Shown here piece after piece: positions 24,402 through 36,214 of a DNA stretch of 64,000 bases. The position numbers and the translations under genes are program-made. Below the pieces are notes generated by a model. That model worked only from the letters and a program-made list of their open reading frames with translations, was not told the DNA's origin and did no database searches. Position 1 is the first letter of the stretch, and every line of letters starts with the position of its first letter. Source of the DNA: Eledone cirrhosa (Eukaryota); assembly GCA_964016885.1 (NCBI GenBank), contig OZ024747.1:83700001-83764000 (forward strand). Reading direction: 5' to 3'.

Positions 24402-27400
24402 TCATCATCATCGTTTAATGTCCATTTTCCACACTAGCATTGGTCTGGACGGGAATTGTCCACTTGATGCAAGATTGGTTGTCTTGCTCAGGACTGTCTG
24501 GCGGGTTTTCTACAGCTGGATGCCCTTCATAACACCAACCATGTTTGCAGTGTGGACTGGGAGGTTTTTACCGTGTTACCTACACGGCCACATTACAGCG
24601 TGGACTGTGTGTTTTATTGTCGTGACACCTACACGTCTGGCGGGTTTTCTACGGCTGGGTGCCCTTCCTAACACCAACCATGTTTACAGTGTGATATATA
24701 TAAATATATATATATGTGTCTGATGGTAGCTAAGATGCTTCCATAGGTGGTATGCCGGTTGAGCACTCTATGCTCTTACAGAGCAGAGTATGATAGAATA
24801 GAAAACGAAAAATCAGTGATGCATCTGAACTCAATTTATTGTGTGTTACAATTGTTTCACCGGCGGACAGCTCGAGACGCGATCATTGTGTGGATCTGTC
24901 TGATTCTCTCACGTGAGAGAATATGCTCCAAAATCATTAGACGTGTCTGTCGAACCTGTGGGTCCAGAATCAGACAGAGCCACACAATGATCACGTCTCG
25001 AGCTGTCCGCCGGTGAAACAATTGTAACACACAATAAATTGAGTTCAGATGCATCACTGATTTTTCGTTTTCTATTCTATATATATATATATAAATATGT
25101 AAATATGTAAATATATATATATCATCATCATCATCATCGTTTAACGTCCATATTCCACGCTCGCATGGGTTTGGACGGGAGTTTTCCCTCTTGAGGCAAG
25201 AGTGGTTGTCTTGCTCGCATAGGACTGTCTGGCGGGTTTTCTATGGCTGGATGCCCTTCCTAACACCAACCACATTTACAGTGTGGAACTGGGAGGCTTT
25301 TACCGTGTTACCTACACGGCCACATTACAGCGTGGACTGTGTGTTTTTTTGTCGTGATACCTACACGACCTCATTTGTTTCGGGCTGGATGTTGTGGTAC
25401 CAACATAACTTTACATTGAAAGGGGTAGTGGGACGGGGGTGTATTTTGTTAGAGGGGGCCTACTGACTGTAGTAGGTTTCACTTTGCACTTAGGTAAGGC
25501 AGGTCTTCTCTATTACTGTGTAGCGCCAAAGATCTCGGTCCAGTGACATTGTCTTGGAGAGGTGTAAGTGTGTGAGGTCGGAATTTATCAAGTCGTCCCA
25601 GGTTTTTCTGGGTCTGCCTACTCCGTGGCTACCGTCTATTTTTATTGCCCTGCACTTTTTTATACAGCTGTCGTCTTTCATGCGCATCACGTGACCATAC
25701 CAACGTAGTCTTCTCTCGAGTAAACAACATCTGATCCCTCTTATTTCTAATTTCTCCCTTAGTTCGTTTATGCTTTGCCATTCACGTATATTACTATTAC
25801 ACATCCAGCGGAGCATGCAAGCTTCGTTTCTCTCCAGTCTGCATATATCCTCTGCACACAATGCCCAGGTCTCACTGCCATGTAACATTGTTGTTCGTAT
25901 GCAGGCATCATACAGCCTGCCTTTCATTTTTAGAGAGAACCCTTTAGCGGCCAATAGTGGTATAAGCTCTCTGAACTTTTTCCATCCCGTTCTGACTCTA
26001 GCTACTGTACTTTCAGAGCACCCTCCTCCACTGCTGATTTTGTCACCCAGGTAATGGAAGCTGTCCACTATTTCTATAGAACTATATATATATATATATA
26101 TACAATATATTAACAAATGGAAACTATATTTATAAAACCATATTTATTTCATTATACATATTTTAAGGGCCACCAGATCAAACTATATATATATAAATAT
26201 ATATATATATATAAGCTGAAGCATATAGACAATATGCCCCCACACCCTCCCTCTGCAAAGTGGTCGTGGAGTGCCACGGCAAAAAAGCATCCTGCCCCCA
26301 CTGTAAAGTGGACGTGTAGGCACCACGGAAAAAAATTCATGTAAATTGAAGAGACATTATATTTTATATAAATTGAATTTTTTTAATTATTGCAAAACAG
26401 AGAGCACAAGAGAGAGGGGAAAATTACTATATTCTTATTAACATTATGATTATAAATTCAATTTATATGAAGTATAGATGAATTAAAGTTGGCAGAGTCA
26501 TTAGAACATCGGGTAGAATGTTTTGTGGTATTTGTTTCGGTTTTCTTCTCTCTGAGTTCAAATCCCGTCGAGGTCATCTTTGCCTATTATCCCTTCGAGG
26601 TCGATAAAAAAAGTACCAATCTAGTACTGGGGTTGATTCTTCCTCTATATCTCTTTCTCATTTCCTCTCTCACACTCCCTATCCTTCTCTGAACGAAATC
26701 TGCTGTATTCAGACCTGGAGAGGGATGGGCTCCACACGTTTTTTAAAATACCCTAGAAACACCATATGGCAATATGGCACCCCTATGACTTCATCGGGAG
26801 TTACGGGACCATGTGTGTATAGATAAATTATTTTATTTACTAAATCATAAAATGTGAGCAAAGCAAACATTCTAAGTCAACTGTAAACACTTCCTGAAAG
26901 TCAGTGGAGTGAGCTAATCAGCTAGCTTTTGTTTTATGATTCTATTAATTTGGAATTAATTAAATTAACTGTACTGTTTGGTCACTAATTATAAAATTAT
27001 AATAGTTTCTTTTTGTTTTTATTCTTATTGTTTGTTTGTTTCAGAACTTCCTCCAAGTGCAGCACAAGAACCCCCTCCAACACCAAAAACAACAAGCCAG
27101 ACGACACCTACCACTTCAACGGTTACAGTAACCCAAGTTATAACTACTAGCACTAGTTCTGCATTTTCTGTGGCTACAATGTTATTGCCAGCCCCTTCAC
27201 TGCCATTTAACAACAACAATGTATCAACAACTGCTGTGAACCAGCGACCTGTTGTGTCTGTGTTGCCACCTGACTGTATAAAACAAGAACCTGATAATTC
27301 ACCGCCATCCCCAACTTTAGGTTGTGATGGAACTAGCCATGAATTTGTTGATTTTAATGATATTAACGATGTTTTTAGCCATGACTTCAGCAATATGGAT

Positions 27401-27751
27401 TGGTCGTCAGACACTAACTTCCCCAGTTTGGATCTTCCAGATATGTTTTCAGAGCAGAAAATGACCAACTCTACTGTGCCAATAAGTAATAAAATTGATG
27501 TTGTTGTCAACTCCGGTTCTTCTACAGATTTAGATGTACTGAATTTAACACAGGACTCAGAAACCTCTTGCAACATGCAAATAGATGGGCCAGACTGGTT
27601 GGATGCTTCATTTACATCAGCATCACTCAACACACCCATCTCTTTCACATCACCAGACCCAATTCTAACTCCCAAAACACAAGATGTTTTATTAAATTTT
27701 GATGACGGGGATTTCTCAAGCATTTCTGATAGTCAGTATGGTATGGATTAA
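3512..27751 (+). CDS. MRTF: Myocardin-related transcription factor (MRTF/MKL family), 5'-incomplete; join(3512..3587,4392..4553,18884..21407,22334..22535,22809..22980,27045..27751)
   Basis: Spliced length 3843 nt, divisible by 3; all introns GT-AG; internal intron phases 1,1,2,0,1 match. Diagnostic motifs in order: two RPEL repeats, B1 (KPKTQPKSKVIKFHEYKGPP), Q box (PYAILLQQQQLFLQWQL), SAP domain, coiled coil, PPKYDEAVK, SQAMDDVLEILIRNGELP. Confidence 0.95.
3896..4115 (+). mobile_element. tRNA-derived SINE (representative; related copies at e.g. ~1320, 4120, 6525, 17590, 21445, 26487, 33000, 42140, 48685, 56735)
   Basis: A-box-like gtggattggcag and B-box-like ctgagtt(c)aaatccc, shared body ttaactttgcctttcatcct...gataaaataaagtaccagt...ggccttgtgcc, (TTA)n tail. 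Confidence 0.8.
4392..4553 (+). CDS. MRTF: MRTF exon encoding B2/RPEL3 (DTNVDPSLHDRQRQLKKAKLADGLNDKLSHRPGPLELVQGNILQ...)
   Basis: Acceptor ttattcag, donor aag|gttagt; 162 nt; RPGPLELV is the typical RPEL3 motif. Confidence 0.95.
6043..6505 (-). mobile_element. Non-autonomous Helitron-like element
   Basis: On the minus strand it starts TC(taaactataataaag), has a subterminal hairpin (aaaccacccttggggtggttt on +), ends CTAG, and lies between host A and T. Confidence 0.6.
7489..8333 (-). mobile_element. Non-autonomous Helitron
   Basis: Minus strand A|TCtatatatataaaa ... cccgtgcaacgccggg hairpin + aaccactgCTAG|T; internal repeats of ttttcacctaatgcgggccc; homologous to 58643-59230. Confidence 0.8.
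9510..10044 (-). mobile_element. Degenerate RTE (Expander/Rex3-like) 5' UTR remnant, possibly followed by an endonuclease remnant
   Basis: 9924-10044 on the minus strand (ttgtcactggtgg...gagagctatgttggtaagagttcacctcttggcagggtcacc...gactaag) resembles RTE 5' ends as I recall them; ISVNFNAEL weakly resembles the APE GDFNA motif. Confidence 0.4.
10215..10362 (-). mobile_element. 5' fragment of the RTE-derived element family seen at 62123-62718
   Basis: tcaccctcctcaccaag...ttgtactggg..acat..taccagtagc is shared with 62618-62716. Confidence 0.7.
11403..12505. repeat. 33-bp minisatellite (~33 copies) grown out of a SINE head
   Basis: Unit aatcctgctctctatattctgagttcaactctc; directly preceded by a SINE 5' end at ~11350. 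Confidence 0.95.
15285..15645. repeat. (CAT/CAC)n trinucleotide low-complexity tract
   Basis: catcatcaccaccactacc runs. Confidence 0.9.
15719..17300. repeat. ~1.6 kb complex ACATGT/ACACAT/ACATAT satellite
   Basis: Almost uninterrupted purine-pyrimidine alternation; source of the HTY/CVY-rich ORFs. Confidence 0.95.
18884..21407 (+). CDS. MRTF: MRTF large central exon: B1 basic box, Q-rich box, poly-H/poly-Q, SAP domain (~19945-20046), coiled coil, SP repeats
   Basis: Inside the 904-aa ORF; acceptor ttttactctgcag, donor aag|gtatgt; SAP sequence LEDMKVADLRAELKKRNLTVSGSKPQLIERLRNH. Confidence 0.95.
19666..19818 (+). repeat. Coding poly-His / poly-Gln repeat in MRTF
   Basis: (CAC/CAT)n followed by (CAG/CAA)n, in frame. 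Confidence 0.9.
21557..21690. repeat. 33-bp tandem repeat (~4 copies) inside a SINE body
   Basis: Repeated aatacaaagtaccagtcaaatactggggccaat. Confidence 0.85.
22334..22535 (+). CDS. MRTF: MRTF exon with PPxY motif (QPPKYDEAVKK)
   Basis: Acceptor tttcatttcag, donor cag|gtaaat; phase 2 in, phase 0 out. Confidence 0.9.
22809..22980 (+). CDS. MRTF: MRTF exon ending in conserved SQAMDDVLEILIRNG
   Basis: Acceptor gtcttcacag, donor gag|gttagt; resembles the vertebrate MRTF SQQMDDLFDILIQSGEI motif. Confidence 0.92.
23383..23643 (+). mobile_element. Second tRNA-derived SINE family (also ~8475, 13738, 44048; minus-strand copies ~31800, 33360, 50835)
   Basis: ggcgcatggcttagtggttagagc A-box, gtgagttcaattctc B-box, ccttgagcaagacactt central box, (CAA)n tail. 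Confidence 0.75.
24793..25080. repeat. Near-perfect 115-bp inverted repeat (arms 24793-24907 and 24966-25080)
   Basis: Arms are reverse complements with 2 mismatches; 58-nt spacer. Confidence 0.95.
24943..25030 (+). ncRNA. Hammerhead-like motif with variant core CUGUCGA and long stem II
   Basis: Stem I gtgt/acac; ctgtcga; stem II base acctgtggg/tccgccggt; gaaa; palindromic stem III acaattgt; GUA site. Confidence 0.5.
25122..26080 (-). mobile_element. RTE-clade LINE, 5'-truncated (RT C-terminus, 3' UTR, (GAT)n tail)
   Basis: ORF 25490-26116: VDSFHYLGD...LHGSETW...RRLRWYGHVMRM...GRPRKTW. Confidence 0.92.
27045..27751 (+). CDS. MRTF: MRTF terminal coding exon (acidic transactivation region, stop TAA)
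   Basis: Long pyrimidine tract plus tttcag acceptor; continues the GELP motif; acidic DW-type motifs (MDWS, PDWLD). Confidence 0.9.
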
Positions 27752-28684
27752 GACTAAACTAAATGAATCCATCAACAAAATTCAAGTTGAAAAATCTGAT
27801 GCCAAAGCCAATAGTCTAAATGCTGGGTTCTAGTCCTGAAATAAACACATTTAACTATCTGGGTCCATCTGTCTACTTCCAAGATTAGACCAGATAGCAA
27901 ATAACAGCAGGAGAAAGATAGCCTATGTATGACAAGGGAAGGCTATCACAAAGGGCTGTGTGTTTTATCTGTTGGCACAGCCTTTGAGATCACTGTATAA
28001 CTAAACTGCATTAACTAATACAACACATTGGGATGTCTTTCACTGAAACTCATCTAGACTCACCTAATCTTAAATACATCCTGCCTAAAAGTGGGGGTAA
28101 TGGAGATACTTAACCGTTCATACCTGGAACATATTCTCTAACCCCATTGGATGAATTCTGGTACAATGAAAGTCTGGTTTTTAAGAGGATTATAAGATCC
28201 TCTCTGTAAGTAACTAACACTAGCTTTGGAGAAATTCATTATAAAGAAAACTTTTTGATTGCTCCAAAGGAGAAGTTTCTTCAGTAGAAGAGAAACCATT
28301 CTTTTTTTTTTTTTTATTATTATCATCATTTAAAAACAAAAAAAAAATTCTTTCTGAATTCCTCCCAATTCCTATTGCTTGTATTCTAGATGCAAAATCA
28401 CTGTTTTACAAATTTCTGTTTAGCTTTCTCTGATGACTTATTGACCTTTTTTAAATTTAAAAAGAGAAAAAAAAAAAGGTAATACAAAAACTGAATTGAA
28501 CTTCAGATTATCACTCAATGGAATTTGAGATTTTAATGGTCCACTGCCCTTTTTCACTCAAGATGTAATGTTAATTTTCAATGTGCCCTCCCTCCCCTCT
28601 CCCTTCGTTCCCCATTGCACAAATTAAATCACTTGATAACTGTTCCAATTTTTGGCTCATAGCCTTGCTCCTTCTTCCTTCTTT

Positions 28685-28846
28685 CCTCTCCAATCTTGAT
28701 AGTAGTAAACATGGAAAGTACTTGGGGGTGTTGAGAAGGACCTCTCAAATCTTGATAGTAAGCATGGAAAGTACCCCGGGGGTTTGAGGAGGACCTCTCC
28801 AATCTTGATAGTAAACATGGAAAGTACCCTGGGGGTTGAGGAGGAC
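28685..28846. repeat. 53-56-bp tandem repeat, 3 copies, downstream of the MRTF stop codon
   Basis: cctctccaatcttgatagtaaacatggaaagtacc..gggg.ttgaggagga starting at 28685, 28741 and 28794. Confidence 0.85.
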
Positions 28847-31800
28847 AAATTTACTACACCCCTCTCCCCCATATTTTCTTTGTTTTTACTTGGTTTACGA
28901 CTGGCTTAATTATCAATGAGAATTACACATGGTTTCTTAATCTTTTTTGGGGGGGAGGGGGGGCGGGTACTTGAAAGGTTTAATGATGATCAGTGCTAAA
29001 TGGAAAAAATGGATAATTGTTGCGTATTTAGTGAGAATGGGGGGATGTTATGAACTGATACGCATACATAAATACACACGTACGTATGCTCCCACACACA
29101 ACACATACATATAACTACAGGCACTTTTACTTGCTCACAAATATACTTATAAATACATGCATTGAGATACACAGCTTCCCCAACACATACACACAAACCC
29201 CTTCCTCAACATACATACACACAAACCCCCTATCTCTTGATATACACACATCTTTGGGACACACGCACTTTGCATGTCTACTACATTCTAGATGCTGTCA
29301 ACAATAGCTGGAAAAAGGAAGAAAGCTAGCTGCTAAGCCTCCAGGACTGGACTGGATTGATAATTTCCCCCTACAAATGGAAATTAATGAACAGTAAAAT
29401 AGATTGAAAACTATTTCAGTGGAATGGTCAACAAAGCACAAAGGACCAACAGTTGTGTATAAAGAGGAGAGAAAAATAATATATACACATATATAATAAT
29501 GATAATAATGAACTAACAAAGAAATTAAAACTAGAAACACCTGTCACTATATATGAATGCTGATTTTAAGTTAGGAGTGTAAACACAAAGTGAAATCTGG
29601 TTGAAATCTTAAAAAAAGAGAAAAAAAATCAACAACAACCAAAAAAAAAAAGAAATGAATCCCTTCCCTACCAAAAAAAAAAAATAATAATAATAATCTT
29701 TGTTCTGTGATTGATGCTTCCAATTTGTTCCATGACCTGACCTGACAGTGGTTAACACACCACTGCTAGCACTACTTAGCACCGTGTCGAGGACACCACT
29801 AGTGCTGTGTCAAGGACACACCAAATACTGTGGCAACTTGTCTAGTTAGCATTTGCTTTTTTTTTACCCCTGCCCACCACCCAGCCATCAGTCCAACATT
29901 TCATCTACCTAGGTAGGCCACATTGATCTATCTTTGATGATTCTACTCTTTCTTTCTCTCCCCATGAGCTTTGATGTTTGGCTTGAAGAACAGTGCAAGA
30001 AACAATTATAAATATATATATATCTTTAACTGATTCACATGCAGTTGATTTCCTGTATTTTTTCTGTTTTTGTCTTTTTTTTTTAACTTTCACTTTCTTC
30101 ACACTCAGGTTATGAAAAAAAATCACTTTTTTTTTTAAACAAAAATATGAACATTTAAATTATTCTATCTTAAAAGATTTTTGCATATTTATAAAAATCA
30201 TTCTTTTTCTTTATTGATTTTTCTTTTTAATTTTAAAAAAATTGTTTACCTTTTTATTATTGTTATTATTATTAATGTTTTTGTTTTTTTTTGCTTCCTT
30301 CTACAGTCAGAAGAAGAATAAGAAAAAAAGAAAAAAATTATTCCATCACACTAACAAATATATGGAACATAAAATTAGTTCACAATTATTTCTTTTGTTA
30401 TTTTTTTTTTCTTTCTTTCCCTCCTCCATAACTCTAGTTTCAATTTACTAAAAGATGAGCAAGTGATGATGGATAAGATTAACTCTTTCATGACTGTCTT
30501 TCTAATCAAATACACTATTTCAATTAATTGATGAAGAATTTTGAGGGATTTACTAAAACTGTTAATTATTTCATTAAGATAGTAACTTAACATATGGTTT
30601 TTACATAAAATAATCTAGGAAGATTTTTTATTTCAATAGAAACCCCTTAAAACAGTTGGATGTGTTTCATAGAACTGGGGTCAGGTTGGTATCAAAAGAG
30701 TTAAGCTTATTTTTTGTGTTGTTGTTTTCACTACTGTTCAAACTATCTAATGGAGTGCAACAACAGCAAACATTAAAACCGTTTTCTTATATTTCTATTG
30801 GAAAAAATACATTACATACGATTTTCAATTAATTTTGAAAAATAATCAAGAATTTGAAGAGAGTAAGATAATCAACTTCCTCATTATTAATTTGGTGTTT
30901 GGAATATCTTAGAGGTTTTTACGTAAAATTATGGTTTACGGTTTTTAGCTAAATATAAACACTTTGTATCGTAGAATGAGGCCCAGTTTTAAGCAGTTTG
31001 GTTTCAAAAGGGTTATGGGCATTTTCCTTGTTGGTGTTGTAGAAGTGCTATAATTTTTCTGAACTCACCAAGTTGGACGTGTTCTTTCAGTCTCTCTCTC
31101 TCTCTCTGATGATGAGGTAACATCTACCTGCAGTTTTGCACTTCAGAAAGACAGAATGAGTAAATGAAACAATGCGTATACGTTTCATTGGTTGATTCAT
31201 GGTGTTATTGTTTGTCACTATCATCATTTTTACATCAACTCTTCCATGCTGGTATGGGTTGGATGGGACTTTTTGAGGCAATGTTTTACAGCTGGATGCT
31301 CTTCCTGACACTAACCCTTTTAGTCACTTCTTATGGCATGCAAGGATACAATATATATAGAATAAGAAAATGCGAAGTAGTTTCAGATGTTAAAGTCCTT
31401 TAATGATAATGCTGTGATACATATTTCAATGACGACAGTGGCCACACGATTTTGTGTACCCAGTGCCATGACATCATCAGACAGCTTCTTACATAATAAG
31501 GTTATGTTCCTGAGGCAATCCAAATTGAATCGACAAGGGAATGGACAAAGGAATCTCTTGGAACGGATGAAGGAATCAAGAATACATGTTTTGTCCGTTC
31601 ACTTGTTGATACAATTTGGATTCATCCTATGATGAAAAGACTCTCAACCTGACCAGATGTTATTTCAATGTGGTGAGGGTGGGGGTAACTCACAACTGGT
31701 ATTATTACTTTATTTTTTTTTCAGCTGAGTCAACTAGTCTAACCCCTAACTCCATTTCTATCTTGAAAAGACTTCCCCCTGGACCAGATGCAGTCCATTG

Positions 31801-32958
31801 CAGGGGTTAGCCCTCAGCTGCTGGTACCCATTTATTTTTTCAGCTGTGTGGACTTAAGCAATGTAAAATTAAGCATCTTGCTCAAGAAAACGTGCTGTCT
31901 GGTCCAGGATTTAAACCCACAACCCTTTGATCATGAGTTCAACACTTACCACTAAGGCATATGCATTCACATCTAAGGAACTTTATGTAGATATATAAGT
32001 AAATAGAATACATAGCCACCAAAAGATGATTTAATATTTTACTATTTAAAACATAATAGAAAGAAAAACACATTTGGATGTGATTGGGTCACTGATGAAA
32101 TTGTTACTACTTCAAAAGTCAGAAATACAATCCATTTAACCCTTTCATTACCATATTTCCAATGAAAAATACTGCTAATGATATTCAAATAATTAGAAAA
32201 AAATTGAAGTCCTTAGAAAAACTAAAAATTTTCTTATGATAGAAATGTTTTTATTGTAAAACCAGAGACAGTTTCAAGGAATTTGCTATCAAAATAGTTA
32301 ACATTTAACCACTCTTGGAATATCTTGGAAATATCGAAGGAATGACAGAATTGGTGATATAATAATGAAAATTATAATGATATTTAATAATAACGATAAT
32401 GTTTACAGCATAGGCACAAGACCAGAAATTTGTTTTTGAAAGGAATAGTCAATTATTGACCCTCATATTTGACTGGTATTTTATTTTATGGGTTTCAACA
32501 ATGAGTGTATCAGTCACTTGGTCAGTGGAACAACTTGCTCATTAAATAAACGTTTTAGGTGGTTGAATTTTCCACAGACAATTGTACACTTGAAATAATT
32601 CTCAGGGAGATTCAGCATGCCACAGTGTGTGACAAAGCTGGCCCTGGGAATTACAGGTACAGTTCATCCAATGGGCTTCCAAACAGTTTCCACCTACTCA
32701 ATTTCATTCACAATGCTTGGATTGATGAGGCTGTGTTAAAAAATACTTGCCCAAGATGTCTTGTAGTGGAATTAAATTCGAAACCTCAAGCTTGTGAAAT
32801 GAACTTCTTCAGCAATGCATGAAAATATAATTGTTAAACTGCAGGAATAGGAAGTTGAGAAAAAAGGTTTCCTCAAAAGAGAAACCATTTATAAGTTTAA
32901 TCTTATATTTAACTGGAAATGTAGAAAGAGTAATTGTCACTCATTCCTTTCATAAATA

Positions 32959-32989
<31 letters not shown>

Positions 32990-34668
32990 TTTAAATTTGA
33001 GCACCAGGCCAGCAATTAGGAAGAGAAGGGAAAGTCAATTCAATCGACCCCAGTATTTAACTGGTGTTTTATTTTACCGGCCCTGGAAGGTTGAAAGGCA
33101 AAGTTGACATCAGTGGGATTTGAACTCTTTATATAAACACTCAGAACAAATGCCATAAAGCATTTTTCCTAATGCTTGAACAATTCTGCCAATCCACTGC
33201 CCTAATAATAATAATGATAATAATAATAATTGTTTCTATATTTGGCACAAGGCCAGCAATTATCCCAGTGTATTACTGGTACTTTATTTTATCGACCCCG
33301 TAAGGATGAAAGGCAAAGTTAACCTTTGCAGGAAATAATAATAATGAAGTTAAAATCTGTCCCAAGCCTGGAGGCTCATCAGTCTGGTACTTATCTGTTT
33401 CCATTGATGTTAAGTGACTGAGAATACAAGTCTCTTCGTTGGACAGAACACTGATCCATTGCAGGGTTAACTTCCAGTAATAGCTGGTACTCATTTTCAG
33501 ATGAATGTATTGGAACAAAGGAAAATGAAATGCTTTGTTCAAGAACAGAACATGCAACCTAGTTCAAGAATTGAACCCATCATATTAGGATCATAAATCC
33601 AGCACCCTAACCACTAGGCCATGCACCTTCAATAATAATAATAACAATAATTTGTAGCAAGGGTAGTTTGATTACATCAACCTCAGTACATGACTGGTAC
33701 TTTATTTTATTGACCCCAGAATAGTGAAAGGTAATGTTGAACTCGGAAGATAAAATGACAGAACAAATAGGGCAAGACATTTTGGTCATTTCTATAGTGA
33801 TTTATAATCTAGGCACAAGAACAGCAATTGTGACTGACATCAGAGGTATATAGGAGGGAATATAAAATTTGTTGTTTATTTTTCAAAGAGTAAAGACCCT
33901 CTTTGATCAAGAATGACTCTGATATTTGCACCTTAAAAGTTTCCCTTTGAAGCACAAGCCCAGCAAGTCTTCCTTCTCCACACTACCGATGTGGTTCAAA
34001 GGAAAGACAAAGGCCAACACAGCTTGGCACCTGTAACACTCACAACTAATTTCTACTGCTAAGTGAAGTGGACTAACATAAAATGTGTCTTGCTCAAGGA
34101 CACAATGCATCACCTGCTCTGGGAATCAAATTCACAACTCACAATTGTGAATGTGACTCTCTAACCACTAGTGTGACTTAGAGATTTATACAAGGAAAAA
34201 TGTGAATACAAAACTGTTTCCTGAACCAAAGATCACAACAATACTAAGCCTAGAGATTTGTAAGAGAGGCAGATATCATATCCATGTATTTTCCAAATTA
34301 ATATTAAAAAATCAGATCAGCTCTGATTGAGCATACTTAGATCAAAGGAATTTCAGTCACAAGTAATCTTTTCATTTTCAGACATAACATGTATGGCACT
34401 TTTAGTTTAAGTGCTTCAGTAAATTGGTATTTGAGAGAAATTTGACTGCTTTTTCTAGCAGGTGGGGGTGATCCTCATAGAGACTGTCTTGTTGGCTGAT
34501 AGAGTTCAATTAGAACAATCAGTAGCTTTGACCTTCATACTTTGAGTATACCTACTGTTTAGTATCTCAGTGTTAGCCCTTCCTTTGTCATATTTCTAGT
34601 AAAAGGCACTGCCTATAATTTTCAAATAATTTTGAAAATAATCAAGAATGTGGAAGGATTAAATAATA

Positions 34669-34885
34669 CAAGGTGAGCATAAAGTCTCTCCCTGATTATA
34701 AAATACCATATCTGAAATACTATTTGCTTAATTATTTTAATTTATAAATTTCAAGTTTAAAATTTTTCGGAACATGTTTTACATTTTCTCTTCTAGAGGA
34801 AGTAGTTGCAATTTTCAGTAACAAAATGGAAATGACATCTTTGAAACACAAATCTCAGTGTGGAAAGACTTTATTGCTCACTCTG
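34669..34885. mobile_element. Tc1/mariner-type MITE
   Basis: TA|caaggtgagcataaagtctctcc ... ggaaagactttattgctcactctg|TA; imperfect TIRs with a TA duplication. Confidence 0.7.
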
Positions 34886-35823
34886 TACAACTTTCACATT
34901 ATATAGCTGCTTTCAGAACATAACATAATGAAGGTTCTTACATAAAATCACAATGAAAAGTATTTAGAAGACTATAAATACTTCAAAATAAACAACTTAG
35001 TATCATACGACCAGAGAAGGTTTCAGGTGGTTTGGTATTAAAAGGTTTGAAAACACCTTTACCTTTCTTTCAATGATTAATGAAATAAATACCAGTTATA
35101 TACTACAGTCAATTAATTGGACTACATTCTCTTGTCTTAGAAATTTGGTGCTGTACCTGAATCCCCAACAAAAATACAAAAGAGGTACAAGATCAAGTGG
35201 ATAAGATATTGGATGCTTGGTTTAAAGTTCAAATCCCACTGAAAACATAGACATTGGAGCAGAACAAAGCTGCAGCTATTGTATTTTCTCTGAGCAAGAT
35301 GCTTGACTCAGTTTTCCTAAGATTATTTTTAAAGAAATCAACATTATATTTTTTCTCTTTATACACACTCAAAACACATTTTCATATGTGTAAACTTGTA
35401 TATAATAAAAAATATATATATATATATGTGTGTGTCTGTTTATACATGTATGTGTATATATATATATATACACTCTAACATGTATATTTGGACTATATGT
35501 CTACATGTGTATGAATGCATATTTATAACTATATGTGTAATGCCCTTCGTATAATACAGATATATATATGCACAGCTCCTTGTACATGTTCTTGTATTGT
35601 CTTGGTCATAAGAACTTATAATGTTATTCTGTTTCCTACTGAGCTTATTCTACTCTCCTCCCATGAAAAGATAATATCCCCATCCAGACATCTTGGGCTA
35701 GACCTTCATCTCACCTGTAATTAAGTATGAAATCACAGAAATACGTATTCCAGTTTAGGGTCTGATGAGTGAAGATAATGTTACTGTCTTCTGTCTTAAT
35801 TGTTTGTTTCATCTTTTGGTTTT

Positions 35824-35854
<31 letters not shown>

Positions 35855-35904
35855 TATATATGTGTGAGTGTGTGTGTATATATGTATATATATATATATA
35901 TATA

Positions 35905-36048
35905 GTAATAATAAATTTGAAGACTAAAATCCAAAGAGGGCTCGATAAGGATAAATATATATCAGATATATAAGAACCCTAGAGCAAATATTTATTAAAA
36001 TAACAGATTAAAGTTTAAGCAAAGAATCATTGCTTTCACCCTTAACGG
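35905..36048 (-). mobile_element. 3' tail fragment of the CAGANGA hammerhead-like repeat family, in (TA)n
   Basis: Shares aataacagattaaagtttaagcaaagaatc...ctttcacccttaacggg with copies at 39.6, 49.7, 59.0-59.7 and 61.5 kb. Confidence 0.7.
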
Positions 36049-36155
36049 GTGTATATATATATATATGTACATATATGTGTGTTTTTATATATATATGTGT
36101 GTGTATATATATATATGTGTACATATATGTGTGTATATATATATGTACATACATG

Positions 36156-36198
<43 letters not shown>

Positions 36199-36214
36199 GT
36201 ACATATGTGTGTAT

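Noticed and set aside
35760-35800. Other CTGATGA heptamers (also ~2210, 28430, 44778, 51850)
   Set aside because: None has a properly placed GAAA or closing stems, so these are chance matches.
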